This document shows positions 18,495 through 27,096 of a DNA stretch of 64,000 nt, piece by piece (within the stretch, counting starts at the first letter, position 1; each line of letters opens with the position of its first letter). The notes beneath the pieces were generated by a model. The model saw nothing but the letters and a program-made list of their open reading frames with translations. It made no database searches and was not told the DNA's origin. The translations under genes and the position numbers were made by a program. The stretch covers positions 14,219 through 78,218 of IMG/VR virus record IMGVR_UViG_2773857766_000003; one strand, given 5' to 3'. Source of the DNA: a virus. Its lineage: Duplodnaviria; Caudoviricetes.

Positions 18495-19202
18495 ATGCGC
18501 TACGCGATTTCGGCAATGGTTCTGGCGGTGCTGTCAGGCTGCGCAAGCACTGCGAAATGGCAGCACCCGGCGCGAGCGGGCGAAGGCCACGACGGCGCGA
18601 CGATGGCGCTGGCCGAGTGCGAAAGCTACGCTGCTGGACGAACGCCGATGCCCAAATTGCAGGCGTACATGCCCGCACCGGCGCCGACCGGATACAACAC
18701 CACGGGCACCGTTTCGAGCTATGGAAACGTCAGCACGTTCCAGGGAAACACCACGCCGTCCGGCGGTTTGGCTTCTGGATATGCGACGGGTGCGAATATG
18801 GGTGCGAATATCGCCAACGCCTACGCCGTGTCAGCCGCCCGCCAGCGCGAAGCAGAGCTAACCGGAGCGTGCATGCGAACTCAGGGCTGGATCGACACCA
18901 GCACTCCGGAGGGTCAGGAAAAATTCAGGGCGGCATCGGCCCAGCGCCAAGCCCCCAAAGGTCAGGCCACAGAGCAATCCGCCACGCGCGAATGGGCCAC
19001 TGCGGTTTCCACATTCTTGGACACGGAAGCAGCTCGCCCCGGCGGGATCGATTACCGAGCGGATGCTGTCAAGCAGGCGGCCCTCGACCGCTACGTGAAG
19101 GAGCTCGCCAACGATCCCAAGAACGACCATCAGAAAATGTCGTGGTTCCTCATCGAAGCCCACAAGCGGGTACTGGCCGACATCTCCAGCTCCGCCAAAT
19201 AA
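18495..19202 (+). CDS. Antisense lipoprotein moron
   Basis: MRYAISAMVLAVLSG-C lipobox; opposite strand inside the virion module; lower GC. Confidence 0.85.
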   Translation: MRYAISAMVLAVLSGCASTAKWQHPARAGEGHDGATMALAECESYAAGRTPMPKLQAYMPAPAPTGYNTTGTVSSYGNVSTFQGNTTPSGGLASGYATGANMGANIANAYAVSAARQREAELTGACMRTQGWIDTSTPEGQEKFRAASAQRQAPKGQATEQSATREWATAVSTFLDTEAARPGGIDYRADAVKQAALDRYVKELANDPKNDHQKMSWFLIEAHKRVLADISSSAK

Positions 19203-19225
19203 CCGCCAGCTTGGATCGGCAGGGA

Positions 19226-20785
19226 TTATTTTGAAATGCCCTGCTTCTGCAGTTCCTTGATTACCTCGTCCACCGTCATGCCATATTTTTTGGCCGTGGC
19301 GTCGAGGTTTTCCTGAGACATGGCATTTCGCACCTGGGCCTTGACAGCGTCGCCGGCTTGGCGCGAGGCGCGGTCTTTCTGGACCTTCGCGCGATTGAAA
19401 CGCACCAGGCCCTCGTCTGTGTCCCGGATGGAGGGGTTGTCCGCCATGAATTCCTGGAACTCCTGTTCCGCGGCCGGGTTCCGCTTGACCTTCTCCTTCC
19501 CAGAAAGCGGGTCGGTGGACGTTTCTCCGAACGCCTTCTGCACTTTGGTGGGGTCGTAGTCGTACTTCAGCTTGGAAGTGTCCGAGCCAGGGGTTTGCAG
19601 GATGCCCGCACGCACCGCGCGCAGTTGGGTCGGCGTCATCTTCGGATCGGTCTCCCGTGCCAGCGCCTCGCGCACGTCGCGAAGTTCGCGCTTCTCAGCC
19701 AGGCGCTCACCCCGGTCAGCCATGGCCAAGCCGTGCGCCGCCGCCGCCCGGCCGTCGGCGTTGTCGGCTCGGCGATCAGCATTGTCCGCGCGGGCCTCAG
19801 CGCGCAGCCGCAGTTGGTTCAGCAGCTCGTGCTGGCTGTATTGGTAGAGCGCCATCGGATCGTCCAGCGCCTTCAGCATGGCCAGCGCCTCGCCGCGGTC
19901 TTTGAGCGTGATAGGCGGCATCGGCTTCCCGTCCAGCCCCGTGCGCTGCACCAACAGCTGCCCGTCCTTCCCCGCCTCGATGCCCGTCACCTTATCGCCG
20001 CTGGGCACGAACCGGTTGTAGACGTCGGCCAGCTGGGTGTAGTCGCCCGCAGCCAGCGCCGCGGCGGCCTTCCCTGCAGCCTCCTTGCGGGCCGCCGCCT
20101 GCAGCTGGATCTGGATGTGACTCTGCGCCATGTGGTCCTTGGCCGCTTGATCCGCTTCCTTGGCATAGCCCGCCTGAGCAAGCGCCAGTGCGCGTTCCCG
20201 CGTGTTCGCCAGGTAGTCGTCCGCCGTGGCTTGCCGCGGTTGACCATCCGGGCCCACGAGAGCCTGCTTCAGCTTCGCCCCCATCTCCGCGTCGATCCGC
20301 TCCACGCCGTCCTCGCGCGCCCACTGTTTCTCCTCTCGCCCCTGCTTGCGCGCGGCGAACAGCCCCTGCTGCGCCTGCAGGCTCATTTGCAGGCCGCGGG
20401 CAGGATCGGTCCGACCGATGGCGTCCGCCATTGCCCGCATACGCAGGTTGTCCTGCTGATCGCGGCCCATGCTGCCGGCAGTACGCTCGCCCAAGAAGTC
20501 GGTGACGCCCTGCATGGCCACCGTCCGGGCCTCGCCGGCCGAGTTCTTCGCCACATAGGCCTTCGCGCCGTCATCGAATGTGATGTTGTCGAAACCCTGC
20601 TTCGCCAGACTTTCCAGCTGCTGGCCCTGGTCTGCCGTGAAGCCTGTAGATTCCACGGGCCGCGCGCTCGCCACTTCATCAAGCGCACGCTGCTGCTGTG
20701 CCTGCTGGAACTGCCCGTGGAAGTTCTGAAAAATCTGCTGGCCCTGCAGGATACCTGCCGCCAGTCCGCCGCGTGGTGCTGCCAT
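19226..20785 (-). CDS. Probable DNA-ejection/internal virion protein
   Basis: Ala/Gln-rich helical 519 aa next to the giant protein. Confidence 0.7.
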   Translation of the reverse strand: MAAPRGGLAAGILQGQQIFQNFHGQFQQAQQQRALDEVASARPVESTGFTADQGQQLESLAKQGFDNITFDDGAKAYVAKNSAGEARTVAMQGVTDFLGERTAGSMGRDQQDNLRMRAMADAIGRTDPARGLQMSLQAQQGLFAARKQGREEKQWAREDGVERIDAEMGAKLKQALVGPDGQPRQATADDYLANTRERALALAQAGYAKEADQAAKDHMAQSHIQIQLQAAARKEAAGKAAAALAAGDYTQLADVYNRFVPSGDKVTGIEAGKDGQLLVQRTGLDGKPMPPITLKDRGEALAMLKALDDPMALYQYSQHELLNQLRLRAEARADNADRRADNADGRAAAAHGLAMADRGERLAEKRELRDVREALARETDPKMTPTQLRAVRAGILQTPGSDTSKLKYDYDPTKVQKAFGETSTDPLSGKEKVKRNPAAEQEFQEFMADNPSIRDTDEGLVRFNRAKVQKDRASRQAGDAVKAQVRNAMSQENLDATAKKYGMTVDEVIKELQKQGISK

Positions 20786-22137
20786 TACTCCGCCTCCGAA
20801 AGTTCGTCGTCCAACTCCTGCATCCGCCGCGCCAGTTCAGCGCGGATCGTTTGCAGGCCAATCCTGTATTCCGGCAGCACCTCGGGGTGCCGCTGCTTGA
20901 GATATGCGGCCTTGCCGTCGTCCCACCACGCCGTGCAGTGCAGGCACTCTGGGGCGCTGATCGCCCGGAAGGTGTCGTACACCGGACTGCGCGGCGCGCC
21001 CACCTGATCGAGGTAGGCGAACACGTCGCCGTGGCTCCAGTCCAGCAGCGGCAGCAGCACGTCGTAGTGCTCGGTGGCGCCCACGGCGGGCACGCGGCCG
21101 GTGTCGGCCCGCTTCGTGCCGCGGATCACCAGGTCGATGCCGTCGGCCAGCATGCGCTCGTGCATCGGAAGCATGAGGTTGTGCCAGCAGCAGTCCATCC
21201 GCCCGACCAGAGCGACATCGCTCATGCTGTACTGGCGGCCGATCCAGCCGGATTGCGCGGTTGTCACGTCGCTGGGCATGCCGTGGGTGGCCTTCCACGC
21301 CAGGACATCCGCATGGATGACCCGGAAGTCCGGCACCCACGCTCGAGCCTCCTCTACCACTTCAACCGTCTCGGGGATCGTGTCGCCCGTGTGCGTCCAG
21401 TACACCGGCAGCCCCAGCTCCACGAAGGGGCGCAGCAGGAGCAGGCAGGCCTGCGAGTCCTTCCCGCCCGAGAACTGCAGGGCAGCACGGCGGCCGCGGA
21501 AAGCGTGGCCACGATCGCCGAGCCGGAACACCGCCACGCTGTGGTCGAAGCGGCCGAACACCGGAAGCGCGCCGGCCACCGTGGGGCCGGGCGCTCGGTG
21601 CTCATCCTGAAGCGCCACCACCAGATCGAACCCCACCAGCTGCGCCCACAAGCTGACCTCGGGGAAGGAGGCCAGGCGGTAGCCCAGCACCTCGCGGGCC
21701 AGGGTCTGCTCCTCGTGGCGCGCGGCGTACAGCTCATGGAGCACCAACTGCCCGCCGGGGGCCAGCAGCCGGGCCGCCTCTTCCAGCACGGCCACCGGAT
21801 TGCAGTAGCCCAAAGCGTAGGCCACCACCACCGCGTCCGCTCGCCCGGCCGGCAGCCCCGTCGCCACCATGTCGGTAGCAACGACCTCCGCCCAGTCGGG
21901 CGCCTGCGCCAGCTGCCAGTGATCGACGTTCACCAGCGTCCAGTGCAGGTCCGGCCGCACGGGCCGGCACAGCTCGGCCAGCCGGCCCGTGCCGCAGCCC
22001 AGGTCAACCACAAGAGCGCCGCGCGGGAGGGCCAGCAGGCGCAGTAACTCGGCTGCATGCTCCGGCTCGCTCTCGGCGAGGCGCCAGTAGGCCAGCAGCT
22101 CGACGCCCTCGGCGTTCAGGATTTGTTCGGGCCGCAT
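20785..22137 (-). CDS. Class I SAM methyltransferase fused to a PAPS-reductase-family (PP-loop) domain
   Basis: VVDLGCGTG (SAM motif I); LQFSGGKDS PP-loop; PLLDWS; CLHC; start MRPEQ follows the upstream stop. Confidence 0.88.
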   Translation of the reverse strand: MRPEQILNAEGVELLAYWRLAESEPEHAAELLRLLALPRGALVVDLGCGTGRLAELCRPVRPDLHWTLVNVDHWQLAQAPDWAEVVATDMVATGLPAGRADAVVVAYALGYCNPVAVLEEAARLLAPGGQLVLHELYAARHEEQTLAREVLGYRLASFPEVSLWAQLVGFDLVVALQDEHRAPGPTVAGALPVFGRFDHSVAVFRLGDRGHAFRGRRAALQFSGGKDSQACLLLLRPFVELGLPVYWTHTGDTIPETVEVVEEARAWVPDFRVIHADVLAWKATHGMPSDVTTAQSGWIGRQYSMSDVALVGRMDCCWHNLMLPMHERMLADGIDLVIRGTKRADTGRVPAVGATEHYDVLLPLLDWSHGDVFAYLDQVGAPRSPVYDTFRAISAPECLHCTAWWDDGKAAYLKQRHPEVLPEYRIGLQTIRAELARRMQELDDELSEAE

Positions 22138-22139
22138 CG

Positions 22140-23006
22140 TCAGATCGCGATCGCTGCGGAAACACCGATGCCCAGCATCGCGCCCGTGTTGGCGCCGGCC
22201 GTGGCCTGGCTCTGCTGGTGCGCCTGGCTCTGCGCGGACCATGCGTTGGTCGCCGAGTTGGTCGCGGCGTTCGCCGCCCCGGCGGCCTGACCGTAGCCGG
22301 CATTGAGCCCCGCAAGCCCCGTATTCGCGATGGTCTGCCCGGCTGCGCCGTAGCCCGCCGTGGCAGCGGTGGTCTGCATACCCATGGTGGGGTAGCCGGC
22401 CAGGGCGTTGCTCGCGCGATCGGTCAACGCGCGGCCCTCCGCGCGGGCGGCGGTGCGCGCCCCGTTCTTGGCCTGGGCGAGCGCGAGCCCCGTCTGCGCC
22501 ACCAGCGCATTGCCCGCGGCACCGTATTTCCCATCCGCAGGGTTGATGCCCATGCGCGACATCTCTGCGGCCTGGGTGCGCTGCGCGCCGGTGTAGGCCT
22601 GCGACACGTCCGCCGCGGCTTGGCCGGCCAGCTCCTCGCGCTTCGCCTCCGTGTTGAAGGTCGCCGCGTCTTGGATCATCCGGTCCTGCTGGCCGGTCAG
22701 CTGGTCGCGACGGCCCAGCGCGTAATCGCGGTCTGCCTGAGACTGCTCCCAGGCCTTGCGCGAGGTGTCCAGCGCGAACTGGGTCTGCTCCTTCTGGAGC
22801 GGAGCCATGTCGTTCGTGTTCTGGATGATCTGCCGGACCATATCGTCCTGCACGCCCAGGTTTCGCACCTGAGCCTCCACCAGCCGCGGATCGGGCGCGG
22901 GCGTGCCGCCACCCTTGCCGCCCTCCAGGGACATGCCTCCGCCGGCCCGGGGCCGGAAGGCCCGGTCCGGAAGGAGGTCGAAATCAGTTCGATGCCAGCG
23001 AGACAT
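22140..23006 (-). CDS. Probable ejection/pilot protein
   Basis: GGKGGG near the N-terminus, Ala/Gln/Gly-rich, hydrophobic C-terminal end. Confidence 0.7.
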   Translation of the reverse strand: MSRWHRTDFDLLPDRAFRPRAGGGMSLEGGKGGGTPAPDPRLVEAQVRNLGVQDDMVRQIIQNTNDMAPLQKEQTQFALDTSRKAWEQSQADRDYALGRRDQLTGQQDRMIQDAATFNTEAKREELAGQAAADVSQAYTGAQRTQAAEMSRMGINPADGKYGAAGNALVAQTGLALAQAKNGARTAARAEGRALTDRASNALAGYPTMGMQTTAATAGYGAAGQTIANTGLAGLNAGYGQAAGAANAATNSATNAWSAQSQAHQQSQATAGANTGAMLGIGVSAAIAI

Positions 23007-23415
23007 ACCTGCAATCCTTCTTCCACATCACGTACAGAATTACGTCGCCGCCGTCGGGCGCCGCGCCACGCAGCCGGGCCTCGGGCCGCCATCCCAGGTG
23101 TTCGTTCAGGCGCCGGGCCGCCAGGTTGTTCGCGTTCACGTAGCCGCTGATGCGCTCACACCCACACACGAGGAAGGGGTAGGCGAAGCCGGCCCGCAGG
23201 AACTCGCGTGTCATCCAGCGCGCGCCGGGCGCGCCGGCCAGGTGGACCCATAGGTTCCGGCCGTTGAACCCCTCGTACACGGCGCCGGCCACCAGCACGC
23301 CGTCGCGACGCAGCCCGATCGCCCGCTGGCCATCGCATGTGGCGAAGCCCGGGATGCGCTCGCGCATGAAGGGCAGCACCGCCTCGATGTCGTATTCCAG
23401 CGCGTGAACAGTCAT
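22984..23415 (-). CDS. GNAT-fold virion-associated protein
   Basis: N.AARRLNEHLGW..E GNAT motif; usual podovirus position before the ejection genes. Confidence 0.8.
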   Translation of the reverse strand: MTVHALEYDIEAVLPFMRERIPGFATCDGQRAIGLRRDGVLVAGAVYEGFNGRNLWVHLAGAPGARWMTREFLRAGFAYPFLVCGCERISGYVNANNLAARRLNEHLGWRPEARLRGAAPDGGDVILYVMWKKDCRYVSLASN

Positions 23416-23425
23416 GCCCGCAGGG

Positions 23426-23440
23426 TGGCAGGCTTGGTAC
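23426..23440 (-). promoter_or_regulatory. Late-gene motif copy 2
   Basis: GTACCAAGCCTGCCA, 10 nt before ATG 23415, no SD. Confidence 0.8.
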
Positions 23441-23457
23441 GGAGCCCAGAAACAACA

Positions 23458-23478
23458 AAGCCCGCGGAAGCGGGCTTT
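23458..23478. terminator. Intrinsic terminator downstream of the ParA-like gene
   Basis: AAGCCCGC-ggaa-GCGGGCTT with A/T tails. Confidence 0.8.
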
Positions 23479-23495
23479 GCGAAGCGGAAAGCTAC

Positions 23496-24536
23496 TTATA
23501 GGACGGCAGCCAAATACTCCAGTTCCTTGCGGTACTTGGTTTGTGATTGATTTACCTGCAGACGACTACCGTTAACAGTGTGGAACTGTCCTACCTTCAA
23601 TTTTGGAATGGGAATACCTTCTGCCCCACTGATGCGACCTGCAGACATGAAGTCGTCGGTGATTACGAAAGCATCGGCCGGATCTTCCACGTCGAACAGA
23701 TGTGGATACTTGGCCGCGGTGCCATACGCACGTTCCACATACATTTGCGATGCGCGGTCTTTGACCCCTTTTTTAGGACTCCGGGCGCCCACCATTGTCA
23801 TAACAATTGCCGCGACCTTGGGAGTTTCCATGCCACCGGCCCTCGCCCCCCAGACGTTAAAGTCGCTGGCAGGGTTTGAGAGCATGTCAAGCGTGATATC
23901 TAAAGACTCGATTGAGTGCTCGTCCACACGGACAGGGATGATGAGCGCGTCAGCGGCGCACCATGCCAGATGAGTACCGCCGCCATAGAAAGGGCTGCAA
24001 TCCATCAGAATCTTGCTGCAACTCTTCGATTCTGCCTCGTCGTTCAACACACCTTTCAGGCTCAGTAGGATGTTTCTCACGGCTTTTTCATTGCTCGACG
24101 CCATGGCCTGCTGGAGCTGCTGATATAGCGCAGAGGGGAAGGAAAAAAGCTGCCCATCGCCCGGCACAAAATACCCGGATTTAGCCCCTTTAAAATGATC
24201 GTTGAAGTTGCTAATACGGTAAGAAATATCCTCCGGAACTTCTCCAAATGCAGGACCCAGCACCTTTGGGCGCAGTGCATCGCCAATTGTGATTTCCGCT
24301 TTCTGACCGCGCATCAGAGATTCGGTCAAGTTCTTTTGTGGACACAGGTCAGCAACCAACGTGGCGTAGTGACGGGTGAAAAGCCATGCCAAGTTGAAAC
24401 TGAGAGTGGATTTACCAATGCCTCCGCGGAGATTTGAAACAGCGTACGAACGCCGCCCAAACTTCACAACTGCTTCGTAGCCCTCTTCTATCGACTGGTC
24501 ATGGTTGGCAATGATTCGGCTCAGTCCAGATCCCAT
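23496..24536 (-). CDS. Orphan ParA/Soj-family ATPase moron
   Basis: NLRGGIGKST deviant Walker A, ADLCPQKNLT, ILMDCSP, ADALIIP; visibly lower GC than flanks. Confidence 0.9.
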   Translation of the reverse strand: MGSGLSRIIANHDQSIEEGYEAVVKFGRRSYAVSNLRGGIGKSTLSFNLAWLFTRHYATLVADLCPQKNLTESLMRGQKAEITIGDALRPKVLGPAFGEVPEDISYRISNFNDHFKGAKSGYFVPGDGQLFSFPSALYQQLQQAMASSNEKAVRNILLSLKGVLNDEAESKSCSKILMDCSPFYGGGTHLAWCAADALIIPVRVDEHSIESLDITLDMLSNPASDFNVWGARAGGMETPKVAAIVMTMVGARSPKKGVKDRASQMYVERAYGTAAKYPHLFDVEDPADAFVITDDFMSAGRISGAEGIPIPKLKVGQFHTVNGSRLQVNQSQTKYRKELEYLAAVL

Positions 24537-24548
24537 AAAAAATTCCCC

Positions 24549-24667
24549 GCAGGTCGTTGAAGATGCTGCAGGTTACAAAAAATCTCGCAGGACGTCAACT
24601 TTTCCGCAGGCCGTCACGAAAGCTGCAGGTCGATCTAAAAAGTGCAGGCCTTTGACAGGTCAGCAGA
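24549..24667. repeat. Phased array: GCAGG every 19 bp
   Basis: GCAGG at 24549, 24568, 24587, 24606, 24625, 24644 and GCAGA at 24663. Confidence 0.92.
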
Positions 24668-24727
24668 TGAAGGCGGCTTGCGGTTGGGCCAAAGTACAGT
24701 CCGAAAGCGCTCCAAGCCATTCCTTCC

Positions 24728-25168
24728 TCATGACTCGAACGGTGCTACCGGCCACTCGATCGCGCGCGGGTCGCCCTGCCCCGTCACATCGCGCAGCGCC
24801 TGCCGGTAGTCCAGCCAGGCCTGTCGCATGTCGGCCGGCGTGGGCGCGTCAGGCAGCACCCGCCAATCGCACGCGCGCAGGAGCTCGTCCCGCCGCGCAC
24901 GCACGTAGCCCCACAGCTCGGCCGCGTCTGGCACCCACTCCAGGCGCCCGAAGTCGAACGCGTGACCCTGCCCGGGCCACGGAGGGAATGGCACAGGCGC
25001 CCCGGCCGTGTGGCTCCAGTAGTGCGTCATGGGAAGCACGTCGGCGCCCACCGCCACCCACCCGCTCGGCGCTCCCATGCCCACCGGCACGTCGGCAATG
25101 CGAAAGATGGTCGCAAGGTCCGGGCAGCCCGGTACATCCCGCAGCTCGGCGCAGCGGCGCTGGTTCAT
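24728..25168 (-). CDS. Tail fibre assembly chaperone
   Basis: RARRDELLRACDW..LPDAP..W.DYRQALRDV..Q..WP signature. Confidence 0.85.
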   Translation of the reverse strand: MNQRRCAELRDVPGCPDLATIFRIADVPVGMGAPSGWVAVGADVLPMTHYWSHTAGAPVPFPPWPGQGHAFDFGRLEWVPDAAELWGYVRARRDELLRACDWRVLPDAPTPADMRQAWLDYRQALRDVTGQGDPRAIEWPVAPFES

Positions 25169-27096
25169 CGCTTTCCTCCTGTGGCGGTAATGGTGGTGCG
25201 TGCCACGGTCAATTGTTGATTTGCACCGGGCCCGTAGTTCGGGCTCACCACCTCGATGTCGTAGAAGTGGGTGCCATCCCACCATGGCGCGTCGAAGCCC
25301 ACCACGAAAATCTGCGATGTCCACCCCCCGCGCATGGACGTGGCTGCGTGCGTGATTCGGGCGCCGTTACGGCGCAGGTACACCACCACGCTGGCATCGC
25401 CTCCCAGGGGATTCACCTCGGCGTAGGCCGACAACGTGACGCCCGACGAGTTCGCCGGCATGGCGAGGTAGATCCCCGCCCCACCAGAGCTGCCACCGCC
25501 CGGCACCACGAAACTGCCTGACTCTCCGAACGACATGGCCGTCACGGCCCCGCCCTGCACCTGCAGCGTGCCGATCGCGGCGTTGCCGATGTAGGCTGTG
25601 CCGATCGCGGCGGTGTCCATGAAGACGCCGATGTTGTTGCTGGTGATGCGCTGCAGGCGGTTGATGAAGTCGGAGGTGCCCATCACCGAGCCATCGGGGA
25701 AGGTCACCGTTTCCCCGATCCGCGCCGCGTCGCGCCGCGCCAACGTGCCGAGCCCGCCGACCTGGGCAGCCTGCAGGTTGCGCAACCACTGGGCGTCCAT
25801 GCCGTTGGCCGACAGGATGATGTTGCCGGCGCTGTCGCGCACCGTGAGCCCCCGCGTGTCCACCTTGCGCGCCGCCACCGTACCGTCCACCAGTAGGTCG
25901 CCGCTCAACACCGCACCGGGAATGGCCCAGTAATACCCCATCCAGTGCCTGGTCTGGGTGAACGCGCCGCCGTCGGTGATGGTGACGGCATCGCCCACCT
26001 GCAGGTGGTTGTTGTTGGGTGCGCTGCCGCCGTTGCCCAAGGCCTGCCAGACAGCCTGCCGGGCCGTGGCGTCGCTCCAGTAGCTGCCGCTCGCGGACAG
26101 CAACACCGAGCCCCGCATGCCGTCGGCGAGCGTACGGCCCTGCCCATCCACGCGCAGGTTGCCCTTCACATAGACGTTGTTCTGCAGGTAGATCCCATTG
26201 CCGTCCACGCCGAACACCACGTCCTGCGGCCGCGGCGTGCGCAGCAGCCCCCCGCTGTAGTTCGGCGCCACCACAGCGAACTTGTCGGCCATGATGATGA
26301 AGGCGCTGGTGGTCTGGCCGTTGCGCTCCTCGGCGGCGATCCCGAAGCCGGCCAGCGCGCCGCCGGCCTGCACCTTGAGCGTGTACTGCGCGCGCAGCCC
26401 GTCCGAGTAGCTGGCCAGCACGGTCATCTCCTGCTCCAGGCTCGCGCGCCCGGGCGTGCCGTCGCGGTAGTAGCGCCCGAGCGAGGCCTGCAGCTGCAGC
26501 ACGTTGGTGGCCATGGCGCGCTGCCCGTCGCTCCAGGCCGCCTGCGTGGCGCGGATGCCGGCGCTGGCCTGCTGCAGGCTGGCAGTCACCTCCCGCACCT
26601 GGCGCGCGAAACTGCGTTCGTTCGTCTGCACGATGGTCTGCAGGTCGCGCACCTCCGCGCCGCGCTTGGCGGCCTCGTCGGCAATCGAGCGCACCAGCTC
26701 GTCCCGGATCTCCTTCGCCAGGTGGTCGAACCGCGTGGGATCGTCCAGCGTCTTCGCGAGCGAGCGGAACAGGGCCGAGTCGATGATGGCCTGGGCGAAG
26801 CGGTCGATCTGCACCGTGGCCGACAGCCCCCCGCCCAGGTCGATCAACGTTTCCCCCGGCCCGGGCTTGCGGTCCTGCTCGAGGATCTGCACTAACCCCT
26901 GCACGCCTCCCATGGCCTCGCGCAGCTCGCGCACCGTCACGCCGCGCTCGAATTCGTTGCCGCGCGAGCCGGCGCGCACCTCCAGGTGCTCCGTCACCGC
27001 CTTGGCCCAGTCGGTGAGGGCCTTGTCCTGGGCATTGAGGCGCGGCAGGGCCGGCAGCCGGGCCACACCCGTGTCGATCTTGCGGCTGTTTGTCAT
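25165..27096 (-). CDS. Tail tip/fibre protein (DUF1983-like)
   Basis: AQYTLKVQAGG..AGFG..SAFIIMADKFAV motif after a coiled coil. Confidence 0.82.
   Translation of the reverse strand: MTNSRKIDTGVARLPALPRLNAQDKALTDWAKAVTEHLEVRAGSRGNEFERGVTVRELREAMGGVQGLVQILEQDRKPGPGETLIDLGGGLSATVQIDRFAQAIIDSALFRSLAKTLDDPTRFDHLAKEIRDELVRSIADEAAKRGAEVRDLQTIVQTNERSFARQVREVTASLQQASAGIRATQAAWSDGQRAMATNVLQLQASLGRYYRDGTPGRASLEQEMTVLASYSDGLRAQYTLKVQAGGALAGFGIAAEERNGQTTSAFIIMADKFAVVAPNYSGGLLRTPRPQDVVFGVDGNGIYLQNNVYVKGNLRVDGQGRTLADGMRGSVLLSASGSYWSDATARQAVWQALGNGGSAPNNNHLQVGDAVTITDGGAFTQTRHWMGYYWAIPGAVLSGDLLVDGTVAARKVDTRGLTVRDSAGNIILSANGMDAQWLRNLQAAQVGGLGTLARRDAARIGETVTFPDGSVMGTSDFINRLQRITSNNIGVFMDTAAIGTAYIGNAAIGTLQVQGGAVTAMSFGESGSFVVPGGGSSGGAGIYLAMPANSSGVTLSAYAEVNPLGGDASVVVYLRRNGARITHAATSMRGGWTSQIFVVGFDAPWWDGTHFYDIEVVSPNYGPGANQQLTVARTTITATGGKR

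Noticed and set aside
20785-22137. DNA phosphorothioation (Dnd/Ssp) system
   Set aside because: No cysteine desulfurase, DndD/DndE or Ssp partner genes in the window.
24549-24667. The 19-bp array as a mini-CRISPR
   Set aside because: The constant part is only 5 bp, spacers are 14 nt, and no cas genes are present.
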